Positions 56,220 to 64,000 of a stretch of DNA of 64,000 nucleotides are shown piece by piece. How positions within the stretch are numbered: the first letter of the stretch is position 1; every line of letters starts with the position of its first letter. Below the pieces are notes generated by a model. That model saw only the letters and a program-made list of their open reading frames with translations. It was not told the origin of the DNA and searched no databases. The position numbers were made by a program, and so were the translations under genes. Origin of the DNA: Epithemia pelagica (lineage: Eukaryota > Protista > Bacillariophyta); contig OX337237.1 in the NCBI GenBank assembly GCA_946965045.2, positions 1,860,001 through 1,924,000 of the forward strand. Direction: 5' to 3'.

Positions 56220-59200
56220 TTAGACATGAAAACCGAAGTTTTCAACAGGAGTCCCAAGCCGAAGCAAGAATCAGCAGCCAGCCCCCCATCGCAACGGCAA
56301 CTTCACTCGAAACCATCCGCCGACCGTCACCATACCCGCAACAATACCCGAGCCGAGTCCAAAGGACCAAGCCCGACTGGAGCCACCAAGATGCTCACCA
56401 ACATCTCCGTCACCCCGGACCGCCGTCCCATCCACCCCGCCAAACGAGCCACCCACGAAGAATCCCACCACCAGAACATCGAAAACAACAAAAACATTGA
56501 AAACGACAACGAAAAAAAAAACAGCAGAAAAAAACAACAAGACCAACCAAACCCCCATCTACCCCTACAACGGGGGAAACAACCACCACCTCCACGATAC
56601 CGAATTAACCACCATGGCCACGACCCTCACGGCCCTCGACGAAGACCCACCGAACAACCACAACAACCAAGAAAGCGACCAGGAGCACCAACCAAATGAA
56701 GACCACCACGGAACCAACGAAACCGACAAGGACAACGACAACCCCAGCGAAACCCCAAACGGTGAACCCAAGTACAATAACAACAACAAAAAAGGAGCAA
56801 CCCCAACGAAACCTCTCCCCAACCCATACCGAAAGACAAACCCAACCAAAACGAGAGCCCCGTCGCCCGAACCAGCCATCCTTTTCCACATCCATGTGGC
56901 AGTGCCACCAGAATCCTCAGGTAGAATCCACCCTTCCACGACTCACCAAGCAATCGTTAAAAAAACCACTTCAACAAAGTCTTCGCCCACCATTGGAAGA
57001 CAGAAGAACCCATCTGGCTCCAAGTCCACACCGTTGATTTCATTGTAACAAAGCAGTCGGACAGGTACAGCCTCCGCCAAAACCAAGGAGAAAACCATCG
57101 CAACAAAGGAAACGGCCACACCTCGACGTTCCATGTCACGCTGTTCCATGTCACACTGTCGCCCGCCCCTGAAAACAATGCTTTTGACACGGATGTATTT
57201 TACAAACAACAGACCAACCGGCGTGCAACAATCGCACGAGCGACATATTTGGCATAATTGTGGGCGTGCCCGCCCAAACCGTAAAACATCGCTGAGCAGC
57301 ATTGGACCTGACATCGGGAATCCAGAACTCACAAAACTGCACGACATGAACTTTTACGACCACATCGGCATCCGAGCGGGTACGTTCAGTAGAGAACTAA
57401 AAAGTAAACAACGAGGCCAGGTCCTAGTGATTTACCTCACGGACTCTTCAAGAACCAATTTCGAGTCGGTACTCAGAAGCTACAATGCCTTCCAACAGGC
57501 CAATCGAAACATAGAAATCACATGGAACGAAAACAAAGTCCAAGAACTATTCCCAATGCCCAAAACACAAGCAAACCAAACAACAACGCTCGAAGCGTTG
57601 AAAGACATAGATAAATTCTATGGGGCCTGCGTAAAAATCAACCACGAAGCCACAGACGGAGATTGGGCACAACTCAAGCACATCCGAGAATACGTGGCGC
57701 TCTTTCCCGAGTTCGACAACCTCGATCCATACGCCCAGTACTACACCCTGTATCTGAGATCCACCCCAGATACCCACCATCTGACAACGAAGACCATCAG
57801 ACAGCATCCCCTGTTCCCAACCAACATCCTCCTGCCAACCTTAGCAGCGGTCGCAGCGACCCCTCAACGTCAACAAAACACCAACCAATAAGCGACAACA
57901 CCAACCTCCTCCAGCCATACCAACCGTCTTCTCGCAATTACCAACCGACTTCTGCGAAGAAAACGCAGCTCTCTCACCGACGACCACGATGACACCCCAG
58001 ACACACCAACCACTAGGCCACAAACAAACACCTTGGAAACCCCTCCGCCAAACAAAAGAAGTGGACGAGACAGGGGTCGACGACCCGTACGACGACAACG
58101 CGGACTGGACAACAATTGCTGCCCATGCATTCCACCACAATGACTAAGAGGCACAACCAGAAGACTCCAAACCACCAGCACAACAAAACCAATTTGCCCC
58201 ATTGGCAGAACAGCTTTTTGACAATGAGCAATCAAACCAGCAGCCCCACAATGAGGAAGACATGATGGAAACAGAAGACGAGGACGATCAATCCCGGTCC
58301 CTCATCCCGGACGACCAAGAGGACGACTACGAAGTCAACAACAACAACGAACAACAATACTCTGCCACAATGGGGCACGAAATCGAACTTATAGTGCAGT
58401 ATGTTCGACACAATCGACCGTCGCGACTCCCAGAGCTCGAAGAGTGCCTGCTGGCAAAAACAAAATCATTCTCGAATGATACGCACAGTCTCTGTTTCAG
58501 ACTGACGATCGTCACGTCGCTGGCTCGCGCACCAGCCATGACGTCCCAAATGGAAAATGGGCCAAAGGGCCAAATGAGTAAGTCAACGACTTCCACCCCG
58601 AGCAACTGTCCGGTGCCAGACTGCCACTGGATGGTGCCGCCCAACACCCACAAACCACATGCTGCAAGGAAGCAGCATCTTATAACCGAACACAACGAAA
58701 CACATCCATCCGACTATATGACACCAACCTACTGCCACCAACACGGCTTCCATCTGTGCCGAAGCTGCGACACACCCACAGCCATTTTCAACACACAGGG
58801 CCACCTAAGACAACACATTACCAAAAACATAGTAGGTCCCAAACGAACATACAACTAGTTCTAAACACATACAGACACTTAACAACCCAAACCGAAACAA
58901 ACTGGAAAAGAAGCTTGGCGTTCCTCCATCAACTAGACCCAGCACCACCATCGTTCCGAAGAACCATCTGGCACAAAGCCAAACCACCACTCCGGGCTGA
59001 ATTTTACACCGTCTACAACAACGTCGCAAACTGGGTCATCGACGCAACACAGCCACTGACGCCCGCAATCCTTAAAGACGACCGACCACCAAAACATGAC
59101 ACCGACTCAACACCTTTCTGGAAACTTCTAACAATCCTGGAGGCCCTTCTGCTTGCACCGATCAAGGACACGGTGCACCTTACGTACTCCAACGCCCTCT

Positions 59201-59490
59201 GTGCACGACTTGCAATGTTCAAACAAGGCAGACTGCAAGAGCTATACGACACGGTATGGAACCCACCACCGTTGCCGAAACTGCACGGCCGAGAACAAGC
59301 GCACAAGAAGAAACAACAACAGGCCCAACAAAGACACCGAAACCCGCCAGACGACAACATCCTTCAACCATGGCAACTAACGGCGGCACAACAAACAGCC
59401 AACCTGGGGAATTATAGAGCGGCCCTCAGTAAAATAACCACCAACACCCCCACAGCCACCCTCACCCCTCCACGCATCCCCCAACGATGC
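56220..59490 (+). mobile_element. 5' portion of a CRE-like (RLE-type) non-LTR retrotransposon, truncated before RT
   Basis: Strongly A/C-rich tract. ORF 58202-58858 has C2H2 fingers (CPVPDC..KQHLITEH; CRSC..HLRQHITKH once a 1-bp frameshift in aaaaa near 58822 is corrected). It continues FWKLLTILEALLLAP..RLAMFKQGRLQELY..GNYRAALSKI, the pre-RT motif of CRE-clade elements. Upstream ORF pieces span 56226-57891. Confidence 0.65.
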
Positions 59491-59499
59491 AAAACATAC

Positions 59500-62467
59500 T
59501 ATTGGAACCACTTTGTTCAACGGTACTAACTTTGGGCACCTTCTTGAACGATATATATATACGTGTACTGGTTGGTCCGTGTGTCACGCTATGTTGGGAG
59601 ATATTCGGAGGGGGTTTTTTCTTGCGAACCTCACTTGGAACCTGACCATTTTTCAAGATACGAAGTTCCTCTTGATCAATTCCCAGAGCCACTCAAAGTA
59701 TTTCCAATGCCTGCATCAGCCAAATGGTATTCCCAAGTTGGCATGCGAAAACACCGTTACTCCGTTTCTGCACAGTCTTTGCATTCCTTTTCACGATCTC
59801 TTTGTGGTTACTTTCCTCTGATTCGACGTCAATCCCTTTTAGCGGTCCAAAATTTGTGATTTGCATTGGAATATGAGTAAGATTGTGGTCCTTCGGAATT
59901 TTCCATCCGTTGGACATAATACGACCTTTTTTATCAACTCTGGGAGCCAAACGACATATCCCATCCATCATGATCTTTATGGAATTGTCTGATTTGGAAG
60001 ATGTCTCCATCGCATTCTTTGAAGTTGCATTGCTTTCCCAGAAAACATCCTTATGCACCCAGCCGAGACAAATAAAGGTAATCAAGGTAAGGCTCTCTGT
60101 CATCATCATCCCAAATGGATCTGTATGCTTCTGGGTCGTCTTGAAAGGTTGGATCTATAGTAAGGTGCGTTGATGTGACGGTGTTATTGTTGTCTTCTTC
60201 TGGATCCGGTGTAACCCCGGTTATATCCACGGCACTCTCATTATCACTTTCCTCTCCTCTTGTATGTTCCTCTAGTTCTCTTTCATTTTTTGATTGTTTA
60301 CTCTCTCTATTCTTCCATTCACCAACCATTTTTTCCCATTTCTTTTTCATTGTATCCGCAAATATAAGCTGTCCCCTGATAGTGACACACAATGCTGCTG
60401 ATACAAACATTATTCCAACCCATTCATTTGCAGTGATGTTGGATACATTACTGATCCCAGCAGAAAACATCGTCTTGGGGTAACCATGTGTTGAGGAATA
60501 TGAAAACAGTGTTTGGCGATTCGCGCGGAAAATTGAATTGTACAGGTAATCGAACATTGCCCTTTCTGTTTTTGTCATCATATTGAAAAAGTTCATCATG
60601 ATATACCTGACCACACCTGTTTTCAAAGTATGCATTACATCACAACAAGCGGCTGTTGTGATCCCATGTTCTTTATTCATGCCTTCACCCATATACAATT
60701 GAGTCAATATACTGTCTACCTTGTATTGGCCTATTTCTTGCAAGATTTTTTCTGATTCTTTCACCTTGACTGTAATGTCCCGATTGTTATGGCTTTCTGA
60801 CTCGACAAGCGGTTCCACATCATTATTCAAACCCATTGCAGTTAGACTGAGTTCTCGTATTTTATCACTTCGTAAGTAATGACATTCATGCCAAGGATAA
60901 CTTGCTTCGACGGGAAGAATATCACAAGCCCATGTAAGACGACCGACCTTGGCGTGGTTTGAGGCATATCGACCAACCAAATTATCCTGTGATTTGGCAT
61001 CACCTTTAATGGCAATCAAGGGTAAGATCAATTGACAACACGTTCATGACCGTGTAAACGGAGTCTCATCCATAACCCCCCTTTCTCATGGATCCGATGA
61101 AGGGCTTGGAATAAGACTCTTAGTTGGGAATGATAATTGCGACAGGGTGCTCCTTTGGATTGTATATGTTTTGCCGCGGATGATTTTCTATCGAGATCAG
61201 AGACCAAACCCAATTTAATCTGGCGTTCTGGTTTCCTCATTTCAGATAGAGTCAAGAAAGACGGAACCATCACAACAGGTTCTGCCGTGAATCGGCCATC
61301 TTGAGTTGCATGAGTCTTGTCTGTGTAACAGACCAAACCAACAACAAAGGCATCTTTGTCACACTTATACTTCTCGACTGTTTCCTAGAATACCATTCCA
61401 TCCTGGATATTCTCAAGTAGAAGGTTTGGTTCATATGGCTTGTAAGGGTCATCTCTGTCGAGTATTGTATTCACTGGTTTTGACACTTCAGGATCTTGGA
61501 GCACTCTTTGCAGCTGATGGATAAAATCAAAAACAACCTTCTTGATGGATTTCTCACTTGATGGAATCAGAGTCCCTTGTTTTTTGGTATATTCCAAAGG
61601 AACTGCTATTCGCCCAGGTTTTGGAAAATCACTCAATTTATTCTTAGCAAAACGCGAAACAACAGTCTCCCGTTTTGGTTGTTTCGTTTCAAAAAAAGAC
61701 GGACCGCATCGAATATATGTCTCTCTAGCCCATGATACAATTTGGTCAAAAAGATAATTCGGACATCCCGCTGAGCGCAGTATCAAAAGAAGCAATGTAA
61801 GGGCACGGTCATCCTCTGAAACCACCACGGTATCATGTTCCAAAAACCGTGGAAAATTGATTGGATTTATCTTTGAATTGAAGTTGATAATATTTCTCAT
61901 GTCTCCTGGCATATTATTATTCAGGTTGTTGGTTTTTGCAGGATCTCTCCCTTTCATTGTCGTCTCTTGCTCTTGGTCTTCCTGTGACACATCACGCCTG
62001 TCCTGCATGAGTCCATCTTCCCTGCTCCTGTCCTGTATCAAACTATCTTCATCCATGTCCAAGTTCTCATCGAGTAAGTCTTCATATGTCATTGTTGTTT
62101 GAACAATTTCATTGTCGAAATGATAGATACGTCCCTTTTGTGCAGCCACTGTCGAGTTCTCACCAATATCATATTCGATTTGATCACCATGACCTTCATC
62201 GACACCAAGCTCTGAAATATACTGACAAGAACTACCTTCATCCGTTGGATGTGTTGTTCGCGTATTACTTTGTTTACCAATCAATGACTGTTTCGATGTA
62301 TGCTTCTTCTTACATGCTAATTCGTGCCTGGCTATTCCTTGTCTATGAAATCCTTCACCACAAAACGTGCAAAAACGATCATACTTCCCGCTATTCGATA
62401 ATGTATATCTTGATTGCTCTGGATTCTCATTTGTACTGTGTGGGAGTTGCTTCCTCTTTCTTCCCAT
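59500..62467 (-). mobile_element. Plavaka-like transposase pseudogene
   Basis: N-terminal CTFC..RHELAC finger; LLILRSAGCPNYLFDQIVSW; FDFIHQLQRVLQD; CYTDKT..EP; RNYH; IKGDAKSQDNLVGRY; NGWKIPKDH..ESNHKEIVK..QKR. Stop at 61385, frameshifts near 61030 and 60080. Confidence 0.75.
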
Positions 62468-62901
62468 GGCCGTTCTAAAGTTATCTTGTTATTCCCTTTG
62501 GAATCGAATACAATGCAACAACCAACGAAGGTGGACGAAGAAAATAATGACATCAGTGTCGTGCGTACTTAGGTACGTGGTCAACCCTGCTTCCGGGGGA
62601 GAAATATTATAAATATTTCTGGGGGATATAACGGTCGAAAATTTTTTTTCAACACTGGAAAGAAAATTCGTTGCAAGCGTGCAGGTCTAAAACGGGAAAC
62701 CTGATTTCTCGGCTGTTGGCAAAATTTCAAACTGAAATAAATACAGAACGATTCCAACCAAAGCAAGTAAAAGAATTTCAAACCATGATACCAACCTAGT
62801 CTGAAGACGATGTGTTTTGAAACCTGGAACCAGGACTCGTTGTTTCTTTCTAGTTCATTGATTTGGAACAGTGCTCAGGTTACCCATAAAGTGAAAGAAG
62901 T

Positions 62902-64000
62902 GTGGACAAAAAGGCAACGACCGGTAGACGCGTACAGGTGGATCGAGGAGGAAGCAGTGCCCGTCAAAAGGCAATGAGTGACCGCAACCAAGCATACAGA
63001 GACAGACGCGAAAAAGATATAGAGAAACAAGAGAGAGAGGCCAGGCAACGCCAACAGAACCGGGAGAGACAGCAGGCTCAAGATAAGGAAAACCAAGTCG
63101 GAAATCAGGCTAACAATCGTCTCTCGTTATCTGGGCAAAGTACTAATGTTGGAAACGTACAAGAAACTGCATGTGGAGATATTGATAGATCGGTGGAGCA
63201 GGGTTCACATGACAGTCGATCCAGACCTCTGTTTGGAGACTCCACGATGAATGATAATATGAGAGATGACAGGTTGGGAGACTCCACGCTGAACGATAAT
63301 ATGAGAGACAGAACAGACACTACAGGTTTGAGAACACAGCCTACAACAATGTCCCAAAGGAACCCCACCAGAGACAATGGTGTGTAATCTATCATTTTTG
63401 ACAATCGTCACATGGATCATACTCACATACTTGTCCCTCTAATGTACTCAACAGACACAAATCAACAGAGTATGTCTGATATAGCACAACCAGTCGGCAC
63501 TGAAGTTAGTAAGTTGTAATGAAATTCCTTTGAAGAAAGGTTGACATTCAAGCCATCGGCAGCTAATGCATGTGGGTGATATGATGGGAACAGGTGGACA
63601 TGTCGCTCATGATGTTTCTTCACTTTCGGATATGTCCTTTACCACAGGTGGATTTTCCAATCGGAGCCATTTTACAGCTGTGACACATTCGACATCAGAA
63701 TCTCAAAAGGCAAGAAAAGACTCATCTGCATCTGGTGACATGCCAGTTTCTGAAACAACTTCCTTCAAATGGTTTGCTACCAGGAATTGTTTTAGGGTAT
63801 GCAAATATTGGAGTGACGAGGATAACATACCAGATGAGAAAGGGTTGTACAAACTTGCAAAGACTTACTTCAAGGAATATTTTCGAAGGAACGGGCTCAC
63901 TAACAAAAATATGAAAGAGACATGGTGGGTTGAATATGTTCCTCGCGTGAAAAGATATTTGGGAGTGAAAAGGTCGAATGTACTTGCCACATTCGCAAGA
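62902..64000 (+). CDS. Hypothetical gene divergent from the Plavaka ORF, probably spliced, running off the window
   Basis: ORF 62902-63387 is R/Q/D-rich. After a ccacag acceptor near 63647, an open frame GGFSNRSHF..WFATRNCFRVCKYW..WWVEYVPRVKKILGVKRSNVL continues to 64000. Confidence 0.45.

Overview
This is a eukaryotic, transposon-saturated region, most consistent with a diatom (inferred from CoDi-type Ty1/copia elements, TTAGGG-type repeats and GTACGT/GTAAGT intron donors). I found no intact housekeeping gene, rRNA, tRNA or CRISPR array. Three full-length Ty1/copia LTR retrotransposons dominate. Element 1 (7527-17190, +) is decayed and has ~705/717-bp LTRs with non-canonical AG...(G/A)T ends and a GATAG target-site duplication (TSD). 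Element 2 (about 22942/23000-32729, -) is a decayed relative with the same LTR start, and its PBS-like site lies beyond the 3' LTR. Element 3 (47559-54967, +) is very young, with 240-bp TG...CA LTRs differing at 1 site, a 4-bp AAGA TSD, and gag and pol in the same frame separated by one TGA. Between them lie relics of other mobile elements: a second copia lineage, piggyBac, a Crypton-like tyrosine recombinase element carrying a PIF/Harbinger-type MITE, YR-retrotransposon pieces, a CRE-like non-LTR element and a Plavaka-like transposase. There are also decayed genes for DNA/chromatin-modifying folds (two Endonuclease III-like HhH-GPD glycosylases, a SET domain, a TET/JBP-like 2OG-Fe(II) dioxygenase interrupted by telomeric repeats), a (TAC)159 microsatellite and many short tandem duplications. 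All family assignments are by motif recognition by eye, not by database search.
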